Below the pieces are notes generated by a model. The model did not search any database. It was not told the origin of the DNA and saw only the letters and a program-made list of their open reading frames with translations. Below, piece after piece: positions 39,664-48,563 of a DNA stretch of 64,000 bases (its first letter is position 1; each line of letters starts with the position of its first letter). The stretch is from an uncultured Gammaproteobacteria bacterium. Lineage in GTDB: Bacteria; Cyanobacteriota; Vampirovibrionia; LMEP-6097. Both the position numbers and the translations under genes were made by a program. The stretch is taken from assembly GCA_964551925.1 (NCBI GenBank), contig CAZKFA010000001.1, forward strand, positions 16,281 to 80,280, read 5' to 3'.

Positions 39664-40960
39664 TTAAAAGCTCTTGATGTATAGCTTGCTCTGCTTTTGA
39701 ATCGACTGGTTGATTTATATATTTAGCATCAGCCTCATCAATAACTGTTCTGCCCATACTGTTGTCTAGAACTGCTCTTGGGCTATTTATGACTTTGGCT
39801 GTTGTACTGTCTCTTAGATTTGTCTCTGGGCTGTTATGAATTTCAAACCTAGAACAGTATTGAGTCTGAGCTTTATTACTATCTTTAATTAGAACATCAT
39901 CGCATTGATCAACAGTGACATTTGAGCTTCTCTGGATTGTAGGCTTTACACTAATTTGGATATTTACGTTAGGGCTCTCTTGAATTGTTGCTTCTGGTGC
40001 TCCTGAGATGTTAGCTTGCTGTTCTAGAGTCTCTAAGATGGTTCTTGCAAAGACTTCATTTTGTGCTTCGCTCATGGCTTCAAAATTACCATCTTCAGCA
40101 ACGATCTTTACTGACTCTTGTTTGTATTGATTATTGATTTCTGCTCCTAAAGTATTATTGTCTTGAGGGCTGTTTCTGATTGTTGATAAAGGTGAATGTA
40201 AAATTCCATTACCACCGCTATTGTCTGTGAGTATTTTATAACTATAAGCTGCAGCTAATCCTGGAGAAGTTAGTATATTACCGTTGTTAATCTCATAACC
40301 AACTGAATTGGGGCTGTAATGTACACTGGTATTAGAAGATTGACTGTAATGAGCATTCTCACTATCATTCATCTTCAAGTATTCACACGCATATACTCGT
40401 CCATTTCTAGAATTAAGCATTTCTACTTTATCAGAATCCAAAACTTGGCCACCGTCACTGTTCTCCACATGTAGCCAATGACTAAACCAACCAAAAAATT
40501 CTGGACTATTTTTGATAACTCCAAATTCACATTCATGTAACTCTGTTGCTGGGCTATTGATAACGCTGGTATTGTTACAAACCTCACCAAGAATAGTGTT
40601 TGGACTGTTTATGACTATAGTGTTGTTTGATTGAACTCTAGTGCCATCACTGTTAATTAGAATATTGCCTTCGACAGCATCTGCCAGCATAGAACTAGCT
40701 TGTTGGATATCACTATCACTAATTAGACTAAGATCTTCTCCTGCTTTGAAAACAGCAGTGTGTCTTCCTTTAGCAGCATCCCAGAGCAAAGGAATGATTG
40801 CGCCAGCTTTATTGGTAGCAAGGTTGAATTTGCCTGTTGTTGGAATACTTATAGCTTGTCCGTCGCGGGTCGTGTAGCTAGACTGCGCATCTGGCACTAA
40901 AGATTGTCTAAGAACATCGATTTGTGCTTTTGAGATAGGACTATTAGTCGTGATTTTCAT
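39647..40960 (-). CDS. Hypothetical protein with periodic (I/V)xNS(P) repeats, probable beta-solenoid
   Basis: Many INSP/KNSP/HNSP/ENSD motifs; TTGACA-N17-TAAGAT promoter upstream. Confidence 0.75.
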   Translation of the reverse strand: MKITTNSPISKAQIDVLRQSLVPDAQSSYTTRDGQAISIPTTGKFNLATNKAGAIIPLLWDAAKGRHTAVFKAGEDLSLISDSDIQQASSMLADAVEGNILINSDGTRVQSNNTIVINSPNTILGEVCNNTSVINSPATELHECEFGVIKNSPEFFGWFSHWLHVENSDGGQVLDSDKVEMLNSRNGRVYACEYLKMNDSENAHYSQSSNTSVHYSPNSVGYEINNGNILTSPGLAAAYSYKILTDNSGGNGILHSPLSTIRNSPQDNNTLGAEINNQYKQESVKIVAEDGNFEAMSEAQNEVFARTILETLEQQANISGAPEATIQESPNVNIQISVKPTIQRSSNVTVDQCDDVLIKDSNKAQTQYCSRFEIHNSPETNLRDSTTAKVINSPRAVLDNSMGRTVIDEADAKYINQPVDSKAEQAIHQELLTKALS

Positions 40961-41149
40961 GATTTATTGACTTATCTTACTATGTAAAAAGCGTAATGTC
41001 AATACGTTTGTATTTTTTGATAATTCTATTGATATTAACAAAATTTAATTCAAGTTCAGGGGTTTCAACCTAGTTTTCTTAAACGAATCTTAATTAAACC
41101 TGTCAATAAGGTGGGGGAGGGAATAGTTCAAGAGACTTAGGGAGGTTTG

Positions 41150-41476
41150 ATGTACGAAAATGAATTTATAGTGTTAGATAAAGTAAAAGTGTCGGATTTA
41201 TTAAATAGATTCTTGGAAAATTGTCAGGAACTGTCAGAAAGAAGTACTGATGATTATACTTTATCCTATGTGGCAGACACGGTTGCAGCTATTTATTATT
41301 ACCGTGAGTACGATTCTTGTGAGAGTTTCTTGCAAGCTAATACTGATGCTATTGATGATGAGCGAGCAGAGTGGGTCAGGTATATGTGGCGTACCCTTAA
41401 CTCTATGGATGATGTGCAGAGAGCAGAAGTGGTAATAGAGTCATTGACTCAATTACCAGCTGTCTCAGGTATATAA
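41150..41476 (+). CDS. Hypothetical acidic protein
   Basis: GGGAGG RBS before ATG 41150. Confidence 0.7.
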   Translation: MYENEFIVLDKVKVSDLLNRFLENCQELSERSTDDYTLSYVADTVAAIYYYREYDSCESFLQANTDAIDDERAEWVRYMWRTLNSMDDVQRAEVVIESLTQLPAVSGI

Positions 41477-42507
41477 TGCTCTATTAAATTAAAGACTTTG
41501 TGTTTGAGTTCTTCAGCGCTGCTTGCTTCTGTATTGAAGCCAGCGGCTCTGGAGTGACCTCCACCATTGAGTTGTGTCGCAAAGCTAGAGCAATCGAAGA
41601 AGTCCACTGAACTGCGTAAGCTACCTTTGAAGTGTCCAGGTATTCTCGCTTCGCGTAGGTATAAGCAGAGATCTAAACCTTTAATGCGCATGATGTGGTC
41701 GACAATCTCGTCGGTATCTTCGTCTTTGGCACCGAGGCTTTGGAGATCTTCTTTGCTTGTATAAGTGTAAGCAATTTTAATTTGTTGCTTACCATATTTA
41801 AGTTCACTAATAGTTAGGCGACTTAATGCCGTGCCAATGATTTTGATAGCACGGAAGGGTATTTGGTTGAATAATTGGTTGTGTAGGTTGCTTGGATTGG
41901 CTCCGAGCAATGTTAATTCCTGAGCCCATTTGAAGACGTTGGCGTTGGTATTGCTGTGGCGAAAACCACCAGTATCTGTGAGTAAGGTTATATAGTACAA
42001 GCTTGCTAAGTCAGCATCTGTCGTGATTTGTTTTGGTAGCATCTCTGCTAAGCAATTTACGACTTGTCCAGTGCAAGTAGCATCGGGATCAACGAAGTTA
42101 AGGTCGCCATAAAGTGGATTAGAAAGATGATGATCTATATTGCATTTGGTCTTGGCGCGTTTCCAGATATCCCCAGCACTAGCTAATCGAGCGATAGAGC
42201 CGCAATCACAGCTAAAACTTATATCATAACTTTCTAGTAAACCAGACGGGTTTTGTGATGAGATAACCTTTTCTTGGTCTGGAAAGAATTTGTAAATTTC
42301 TGGAACGGTGTCATGCATGACTCTGTCTACACGCCGGATACCTGCTTGCTCTAGTACTTTTGCTAGAGCTAACATTGAAGCTAAGGTATCACCATCTGGG
42401 TTGACGTGAGCAAGAACGACAGCGGATTGAGCCGTCATAATCTTCTCAACCATGATTTTGCTCTGAATAGTACTTTGGGATTGAATTAATTCTTTGCTTA
42501 GAACCAT
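41449..42507 (-). CDS. DHH/DHHA1 phosphoesterase (NrnA-like)
   Basis: H.NPDGD, DHH, TDTGGF, SLRS, GGGH..AAG. Confidence 0.92.
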   Translation of the reverse strand: MVLSKELIQSQSTIQSKIMVEKIMTAQSAVVLAHVNPDGDTLASMLALAKVLEQAGIRRVDRVMHDTVPEIYKFFPDQEKVISSQNPSGLLESYDISFSCDCGSIARLASAGDIWKRAKTKCNIDHHLSNPLYGDLNFVDPDATCTGQVVNCLAEMLPKQITTDADLASLYYITLLTDTGGFRHSNTNANVFKWAQELTLLGANPSNLHNQLFNQIPFRAIKIIGTALSRLTISELKYGKQQIKIAYTYTSKEDLQSLGAKDEDTDEIVDHIMRIKGLDLCLYLREARIPGHFKGSLRSSVDFFDCSSFATQLNGGGHSRAAGFNTEASSAEELKHKVFNLIEHYIPETAGN

Positions 42508-42525
42508 TGTTTTAATTTTAGCATT

Positions 42526-42580
42526 AGACTTGTCCCCAAATGGCTTATAACGCAGTTATAAGCCATTTGGGGACAAGTCT
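42526..42580. repeat. Perfect 26-bp inverted repeat in a divergent promoter region
   Basis: AGACTTGTCCCCAAATGGCTTATAAC-GCA-GTTATAAGCCATTTGGGGACAAGTCT. Confidence 0.9.
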
Positions 42581-42630
42581 TTAGAATTATTCTGAAAGCT
42601 ACTAATATCTAACGGTTATAATATAAATCA

Positions 42631-43464
42631 ATGAGCGAAGCCTTCGATAAATTAAACGAAACTATAGCTGCGATCCGTGATCCGCAGACTGGTTGTGTTT
42701 GGAATCTTAAACAAGATCATAGTAGCCTTAAACGTTATTTACTTGAAGAATTATATGAAGTGCTCGAAGCGATAGATTCTTTAGATGCGACTACTGAGAG
42801 TTACTCTAACTTAGAAGAAGAGCTTGGTGATTTGCTTTTGCAAATAATCCTTCATTCTAAATTAGCTTCAGAGAAAGGATATTTTGATCTTGATGATGTC
42901 GCTCATAGATTGAACGAGAAGATGATCAAGCGTCATCCTCATGTCTTTGGTAAGGATAAGGCTGTAACTACTCAGGATGTCGATAAACATTGGGATAGAG
43001 AGAAGTCTAAAGAGAAATCAAGCCGTGAGTCTATCTTTGAAGGTATTCCGCGTGAGATGCCAGCACTCGCTCGTGCTTGGAAGATCTCTAAGAAAGCTGT
43101 TAAAGAAAGTTTTGAATGGGATGAAGAATATAAATTATTTGATCAATTGAAATCAGAACTTGCTGAGTTAGATGAAGTGGTAACTCAGGCAAGAGCCGCT
43201 GGTAATGATCCTTACAAAGATGGTTTTCTTGATGAGGCGCAGAGGCAGGCTGCTGAGCTTGAGCTTGGTGATATTTTATTTACTGTAGTCAACATTGCTC
43301 GTTGGTACAAGATTGACCCAGAGGATGCTTTGAGGCAAACTAACAATAAATTTGTGAAGCGTTTTGATGTGATGCAAAAACTTGCCAAGAAAAAGTTAAG
43401 TGAATATTCAATCGCTGAGTTAGAGGCTCTTTGGCAAGAGGCAAAGTGCAATATGCTAAAATAG
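42631..43464 (+). CDS. mazG: Nucleoside triphosphate pyrophosphohydrolase
   Basis: RDP..GC.W, EE.YE, EELGDLL, RHPHVF, ELGD.LF. Confidence 0.93.
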   Translation: MSEAFDKLNETIAAIRDPQTGCVWNLKQDHSSLKRYLLEELYEVLEAIDSLDATTESYSNLEEELGDLLLQIILHSKLASEKGYFDLDDVAHRLNEKMIKRHPHVFGKDKAVTTQDVDKHWDREKSKEKSSRESIFEGIPREMPALARAWKISKKAVKESFEWDEEYKLFDQLKSELAELDEVVTQARAAGNDPYKDGFLDEAQRQAAELELGDILFTVVNIARWYKIDPEDALRQTNNKFVKRFDVMQKLAKKKLSEYSIAELEALWQEAKCNMLK

Positions 43465-43468
43465 TTAT

Positions 43469-44365
43469 ATGGCAAGCCATTTCCTTAGTATTCATGATGT
43501 TAGTAAGCAAGAGCTTACAGATTTACTTAGCTCAGCAGAAACCCTAAAAGCCGAACTTAAACAAGGTAAGGATCAAACGCATTTATTGAGAAACAAAAAT
43601 CTCGGTATGATTTTTGAGAAGCCGAGTCTTAGAACTCGTATTAGTTTTGAGGTTGGTATGTATCAACTCGGCGGACACGTGGTTGTGCTGGATGGTAATG
43701 AGATTAAAGTTGGTTCGCGTGAGACGCGCGCTGATGTCTCTCGAGTAATGTCACGCTACCTTGATGGTATCATGATAAGAACCTTTGGGCATGCGGGTTT
43801 GGAAGAGACAGCTAAATACTCATCAATTCCTATTATTAACGGTTTAAGTGATAGAGAGCATCCTTGTCAAACGCTTGCTGATCTACTTACTATAAAAGAA
43901 GCTTTTGGTAAATTAGAAGGACTCAAAATTGCTTATATTGGTGATGGTAATAACACTGTAAGAAGTTTAATGCTTGCTTGTACTAAACTTGGCATTCACA
44001 TACATGTCGCTTGTCCATTGGGTTATGAGCCTGGTGCTGAATATGATTCGGAATTCACCACTGTCTCTCATGGTGTCGGTGAAGCCGCGCAAGACGCGGA
44101 TGTCATCTACACTGATGTCTGGTCAAGTATGGGACAAGAAAAAGAAGCACAGCAGAGAAGAGAAGCTTTTGCTGGTTATCAAGTGAATAAAGCACTATTA
44201 GAAGAATATCCTAAGAAGCATGCGATAGTCTTACACTGTCTACCAGCACATCGTGGTGAAGAAATCACTGCTGAAGCTTTAGAGAGCCATGAAGAGACTA
44301 TTTTGCGTCAAGCCGAGAATCGCCTGCATACTCAGAAGGCTGTATTGCTTAAATTGCTTAGTTAG
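43469..44365 (+). CDS. argF: Ornithine carbamoyltransferase
   Basis: FEKPSLRTR, HPCQ, GDGNN, DVWSSMG, HCLP. Confidence 0.95.
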   Translation: MASHFLSIHDVSKQELTDLLSSAETLKAELKQGKDQTHLLRNKNLGMIFEKPSLRTRISFEVGMYQLGGHVVVLDGNEIKVGSRETRADVSRVMSRYLDGIMIRTFGHAGLEETAKYSSIPIINGLSDREHPCQTLADLLTIKEAFGKLEGLKIAYIGDGNNTVRSLMLACTKLGIHIHVACPLGYEPGAEYDSEFTTVSHGVGEAAQDADVIYTDVWSSMGQEKEAQQRREAFAGYQVNKALLEEYPKKHAIVLHCLPAHRGEEITAEALESHEETILRQAENRLHTQKAVLLKLLS

Positions 44366-45143
44366 TAGAGCTTGCTTTAAGAGCTGCGAGTTTTGCCATT
44401 TCTTGAGCATCTTCGTCGCGCAGTTCTTGGAAACATTCAATTGCAATTGGGAAGCGATTCTTCACCAACTCTAAAGAAGCGTGAGCGTACTGTTGTATCT
44501 CCCACTGAGCTTCTTTTGGAGCGCGTAACATATACCAGTGCATAAAATTACGCAAATTGACTGTCGCGATAAATTCAGTATGTGAGCCGACCGGAAGCAC
44601 TCCTCGAGCCTGTTCGCGGCAGACTCCGAGTTCTAATAATTCGTTATATGCTGTGATGGTTGCTTGAGCGGCACGATCATAAATCTCTGCTGCTTTAGCT
44701 TGATTAATGCTGACTGCTTCAACACTTGCTTGTTTGTTTTGCTGCGCTTGTTCACGAAACTCAGTCGGTTGATAAATAGTATTAGTGAACACTGTATAAC
44801 GTGCAGAGATCTCGTTGAATACCCAGCATCTGTGCTTCATCCATTGGCGAGCGATATAGATTGGACACTTTACTCTAAACTTAAGTGAGTTCTGTTCAAA
44901 TGGAGTCCAGTGTTTGTGTTTCGCCAAAAACTTGATTAGCTTCTTGTCGCGATCGGTTAGTTCTGTCGATTCGGAATTGTAAGAAACTCGAGCCGCATTA
45001 ACTATCGATAAATCATCACCCATGCTGTCTATAAGTTCCATATAGCCAAGCACGCCAAGATCCGCAAATAAAGGATTGTCTTTGTTTGCAGTAACCTTAC
45101 CGTTACCGTCTTTGAGTTCTATGTCATCAGTTGTTTTAGCCAT
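44358..45143 (-). CDS. thyX: FAD-dependent thymidylate synthase
   Basis: AARVSY, H.TPFE, RQWMKHR..FNEISARY, REQAR.VLP, AQWEI. Confidence 0.92.
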   Translation of the reverse strand: MAKTTDDIELKDGNGKVTANKDNPLFADLGVLGYMELIDSMGDDLSIVNAARVSYNSESTELTDRDKKLIKFLAKHKHWTPFEQNSLKFRVKCPIYIARQWMKHRCWVFNEISARYTVFTNTIYQPTEFREQAQQNKQASVEAVSINQAKAAEIYDRAAQATITAYNELLELGVCREQARGVLPVGSHTEFIATVNLRNFMHWYMLRAPKEAQWEIQQYAHASLELVKNRFPIAIECFQELRDEDAQEMAKLAALKASSTN

Positions 45144-45174
45144 TGATATTATTTTAGCATTATGGTGCTAGGGT

Positions 45175-45195
45175 TTATTATACACTGTATAGTGA
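45175..45195. repeat. TATACRSYGTATA palindrome, copy 4 (thyX promoter region)
   Basis: TTATTATACA-C-TGTATAGTGA. Confidence 0.85.
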
Positions 45196-45280
45196 GGAAT
45201 TCTGAGGTGTACGTAAATTCACTAGACTTGCTTTAGGAGCTGTAATTTGGTGTTAAAATTTAGGTATACGGGGGTATAAT

Positions 45281-45682
45281 ATGATTGGAGAGGATGAAGT
45301 GATCTTCGATACTTATAAGCAAGTTAAGAAGCTTATGGCTGCTGGTGTTCCAGAGCCTCAAGCTGAAGCTCAAGTAGAAATTTTTATTCAATTTATAGAC
45401 GGCAATTTGGCAACAAAAGTGAGTCTAGCTCAAGTTGCTGCTGATTTGAAGCGAGATATGAAGGAGCTTGAGGCTGGTTTGAAGCGAGATATGAAGGAGC
45501 TTGAGGCTGGTTTGAAGCGAGATATAAAAGAACTTGAAACCAATCTCAAGCACGATATCAAAGACTTAGATCTCAAAATAGAAAGTTTACGAATTAATCT
45601 AAGCAAAGAGATCACTATTAAGATGGGTGTGATGGCAGCGATCACTATTTCGGTGCTAGCGACTTTAATTAAACTTGGCTAG
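45281..45682 (+). CDS. DUF1640/CCDC90-like coiled-coil protein with C-terminal TM anchor
   Basis: FDT...VK.L..AG....QAE, LATK, 11-aa coiled-coil repeats, hydrophobic C-terminus; alternative start GTG 45299 after GAGGA. Confidence 0.75.
   Translation: MIGEDEVIFDTYKQVKKLMAAGVPEPQAEAQVEIFIQFIDGNLATKVSLAQVAADLKRDMKELEAGLKRDMKELEAGLKRDIKELETNLKHDIKDLDLKIESLRINLSKEITIKMGVMAAITISVLATLIKLG
45445..45538 (+). repeat. 33-bp coding tandem repeat (~3 copies), LKRDMKELEAG
   Basis: TTTGAAGCGAGATATGAAGGAGCTTGAGGCTGG repeated. Confidence 0.9.
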
Positions 45683-45684
45683 AA

Positions 45685-45938
45685 TGGACTTGTTGCGAAA
45701 ATCGCCCATAGCTGCGTTGCGCTCGTCCTCAGAATTACGGGGGCTTCATTTAATATTGAAGCATTCAGTAAAATTGACCCCTGAACATTGACGGGTAGTC
45801 AACTCAGCTTCCTCGTCCTCGCAAGCCTTACGAGGGGATCGTTATCTACAATCTCGGCTAAGAATGGAAGCCCCCGGAGCATCAAGAATAATTGCTTTGC
45901 AATTATTCGCAGATAGAACGATTTTCGCAACAAGTCTA
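45685..45938. mobile_element. 254-bp structured palindromic element (MITE/RPE-like, or structured RNA)
   Basis: Perfect 18-bp terminal IR GACTTGTTGCGAAAATCG / CGATTTTCGCAACAAGTC; nested GGGGGCTTC / GAAGCCCCC pair and further hairpins; GC-richer than its flanks. Confidence 0.7.
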
Positions 45939-45945
45939 ATATAAG

Positions 45946-46113
45946 TTACTTAGCAAACTTATTAAACATGACCATTTTAGTACTTTCTTGATTAACTTGT
46001 TTCTCGGCTTCACGCAGTTCGTCGATTTCCGTTGCCATTGCTAGAAGCTGCTCATTGATTAGCTTTGGGTCTATTTGCCAAGATTTGGCGTCGATAAATT
46101 GTAAGTCTTTCAT
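45946..46113 (-). CDS. Unlisted 55-aa protein coupled to the upstream 627-aa gene
   Basis: MKDLQFIDAKSWQIDPKLINEQLLAMATEIDELREAEKQVNQESTKMVMFNKFAK; ATGA overlap with the upstream stop. Confidence 0.6.
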   Translation of the reverse strand: MKDLQFIDAKSWQIDPKLINEQLLAMATEIDELREAEKQVNQESTKMVMFNKFAK

Positions 46114-47993
46114 TGTTTGGCTCCTAAGTTTTGGAATAATTCTGTGATTGCATTTAAAATTCTCTCCAATATCGCAGTAAAATTAGCATCTTGAGATATG
46201 CTGCGCACTAGAGTTTGAGCTCGTGCTTGTTGGGCTTCTCTTGCTTCTTGTCTTTCAAGCTTACTAGCTTTGTTTGATACTGGTTGAGCAGAGATTTTCC
46301 AAGTAAAACGAGTAACTTCACTTGCTAAATTGCCTTCAATATTATCATTAGCAGCTTTAACTTGACGATCTATCCAAAGTACTCTATCAGCTACTTTATC
46401 AATTTCTGTCAAACGATTACCAGCACTGAATTGTGAATCAATGTGATTTAATCGGATCAATTCTACTGTTGGGTATCCACTAGTAAGATTTAATTCTTTA
46501 CACATAAAATCAATTGCAAGATTTTGGTAAGTTGAATTTTGAGTTTGTTTTGTTATTTTTTGATATAACCTTAAGACAGCTGCTGTCTTAAGATCATCAT
46601 TATCACTTGATAGTAATTCGATAATACTAGGATTAGCATCAATAACTCTACGCAGTAGATCCTGAGTGGGATTAGTGATTAGAGTTGTTGCATCAGCGTT
46701 TTTGATTGCTGTTAATTTACTTAGTAATTGAGTATAATTTGCTCCGTCAAAAAGATTTGTAGTACCTGTGTTTCTTCCAAGAATATCGTCAGATATATTT
46801 TTTAAATGGTTCAAGGTGTCACTTCTGATAACGTCAACCGTGCGAGAATTGATTGGATCATCAGGACATTGACTCTCATAAGAGCTAATAATTTGACTAT
46901 GATAATGATTTTTTAATCCTTCAATGTCGGTTTTAATTTGAGCTAGAACACCTTCTACAAGAGTCTTTTGACTAGATTCATCCATAAAACGATCGATTTG
47001 TTTAGTGAGTCTTGCTTGTGGATCAAGAATGGTCGGGTGCTTGAGTATAGCTAACATTAACTGTTGTTGCTCGTCCGCTTTTCTTGCTTGTTGCACATCA
47101 CCTTTTTGGAAGGCTGCAATCTTTTGTGTTTGAAGATGTTTATAAGCATCTAAGAAATCTTTTATAGCCTCATGTTTGTCGCCTGTTATAAATTTATCAA
47201 CGAATAAATCAAAAGTAAAAATTTGTTTATTAGGAACAATAACAACTTTTTTAAAAGTACGATCAATAACTTCCGCGCCAAGCTTGACTGATGGTGGTAC
47301 TGTAATGCCTCTTGCTATGCCGGTTTGTGCTATTAAGCGCTGAGCAGCAGCGGCTTGGAAAATAGCAGATCCGTTTCCTTCCGTTAATACTTTATTCTCT
47401 GCTTCTGATAATTTTGTACGTAATTCTTGTGTAGTTGCTTTATCAACTAAGACTAAACTATGCATGAAGGTCAATGCTAGTTCGCTATCACCAAGCATAT
47501 GGTGAGCTTCTTTGACATCAAAATCACCAAACTTTCTGAAAGGTTCTAGCGCACCGATATCTATTAATTTCTCTGGATCATTCGTTGCATTATAAGCTAC
47601 AATCGCATCAATTTTGGCAGGATCAAGCTTTGTTGTTTTTAAATATGCAGCAGTAGTTGCAATGGCAGCTTTTTTAATCTCTGGATCACCAGAGAGTAGT
47701 AATTCACGAAAAGCTTTAACGATGGTTTTGTCTTCTTTTGCTTTATCAGTAAGAAAAAATTTCTTATCACCTGTGGCAATTTGTTCTTGTAAAACTTTTA
47801 AAATTGGTAAAAGTGTCTCACTGTCTTGAGCGGTGGCAGCTTTAGCAAAACTTGTTTTCAGGCTATCAAGACTAAGAGTTGTAGCGCGATTAGTGCCTTT
47901 CCACCATGATTTTAATTGAGCTAATTTCCCTTGAGTTTGAATTGGACTTGGGGTGTCGCCAATTTTTGCTGGTGTAAATGCTGTAAGTGACAT
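46110..47993 (-). CDS. Large helical orphan protein (627 aa)
   Basis: Long ORF; no signal peptide or catalytic motif recognised. Confidence 0.8.
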   Translation of the reverse strand: MSLTAFTPAKIGDTPSPIQTQGKLAQLKSWWKGTNRATTLSLDSLKTSFAKAATAQDSETLLPILKVLQEQIATGDKKFFLTDKAKEDKTIVKAFRELLLSGDPEIKKAAIATTAAYLKTTKLDPAKIDAIVAYNATNDPEKLIDIGALEPFRKFGDFDVKEAHHMLGDSELALTFMHSLVLVDKATTQELRTKLSEAENKVLTEGNGSAIFQAAAAQRLIAQTGIARGITVPPSVKLGAEVIDRTFKKVVIVPNKQIFTFDLFVDKFITGDKHEAIKDFLDAYKHLQTQKIAAFQKGDVQQARKADEQQQLMLAILKHPTILDPQARLTKQIDRFMDESSQKTLVEGVLAQIKTDIEGLKNHYHSQIISSYESQCPDDPINSRTVDVIRSDTLNHLKNISDDILGRNTGTTNLFDGANYTQLLSKLTAIKNADATTLITNPTQDLLRRVIDANPSIIELLSSDNDDLKTAAVLRLYQKITKQTQNSTYQNLAIDFMCKELNLTSGYPTVELIRLNHIDSQFSAGNRLTEIDKVADRVLWIDRQVKAANDNIEGNLASEVTRFTWKISAQPVSNKASKLERQEAREAQQARAQTLVRSISQDANFTAILERILNAITELFQNLGAKQ

Positions 47994-47999
47994 ACTAGT

Positions 48000-48030
48000 T
48001 ATATAAAGCTATGAGTTATTGGTTTTTGAT
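48000..48030 (-). promoter_or_regulatory. ATCAAAAA-N16-TTATATA promoter-like motif, copy 1
   Basis: Ends 6 nt upstream of the ATG at 47993. Confidence 0.65.
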
Positions 48031-48032
48031 AT

Positions 48033-48053
48033 TTACTATACAGTGTATAATGA
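48033..48053. repeat. TATACRSYGTATA palindrome, copy 5
   Basis: TTACTATACA-G-TGTATAATGA. Confidence 0.85.
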
Positions 48054-48097
48054 ATGAAAATACCTAAGATTATTGTGCTCTTAGAGAGAAGGTTTAC

Positions 48098-48118
48098 TTA
48101 CTATACACCGTATAATAA
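48098..48118. repeat. TATACRSYGTATA palindrome, copy 6
   Basis: TTACTATACA-C-CGTATAATAA. Confidence 0.85.
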
Positions 48119-48192
48119 GATATCGTAAATTTTTAATATCAGTTACCATTTGACCCTCTTGATTATAGTTAGCAAATAGTACAATCCCTTCT

Positions 48193-48441
48193 GTGAGCTT
48201 ACCAAGAGCAAATTATCAAAAAATGAGAGCTGAGATATATAAGGTTATAGGCTTTGGACTCTGGACTCCATTCGGTTCAATGATGGTAAATCTGGTTATT
48301 AGTCAGCCCAGTAATTTTGACATCAAATTTTTTGTGTATCTATTAGCAGCATCAATTTTACTCCCGCTTGGCGGACGTTTTCTTGACATTGCGGTAACAA
48401 TAATATACGATACGGATGAGGAGAGATCAGATGCAAGTTGA
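48193..48441 (+). CDS. Small 2-TM membrane protein, paralog of 57259-57501
   Basis: AEIYKVIGFGLWTPFG vs AEVLKTIGFILATPFG; SILLP vs ALLLP. Confidence 0.75.
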   Translation: MSLPRANYQKMRAEIYKVIGFGLWTPFGSMMVNLVISQPSNFDIKFFVYLLAASILLPLGGRFLDIAVTIIYDTDEERSDAS

Positions 48442-48562
48442 TAATGAATCTATAAATTGGATTGCGATTATTTGCGTAGCCTTATTACCTGCCCCATTAG
48501 CTTTGTTGTTTATGCATAACTTTCGCGACAAAACTCTAGAGAAGAGTAAGAAGCTTAATTAA
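48431..48562 (+). CDS. Unlisted 43-aa single-TM protein
   Basis: MQVDNESINWIAIICVALLPAPLALLFMHNFRDKTLEKSKKLN; GAGGAG RBS within the upstream gene. Confidence 0.6.
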   Translation: MQVDNESINWIAIICVALLPAPLALLFMHNFRDKTLEKSKKLN

Positions 48563-48563
48563 A

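Noticed and set aside
44800-44850. ThyX KHR in place of RHR as a sign of pseudogenisation
   Set aside because: The change is conservative, the downstream Ser and other motifs are intact, and the ORF is complete.
45265-45280. TATACGGGGGTATA as a tenth palindrome copy
   Set aside because: The centre is 4 nt instead of 3 and the left flank does not match. Half-sites near 22011 and 44790 were also not counted.
45685-45938. tmRNA, RNase P RNA or 6S RNA
   Set aside because: I could not find their conserved terminal or core motifs; the perfect terminal IR fits a mini-element better.
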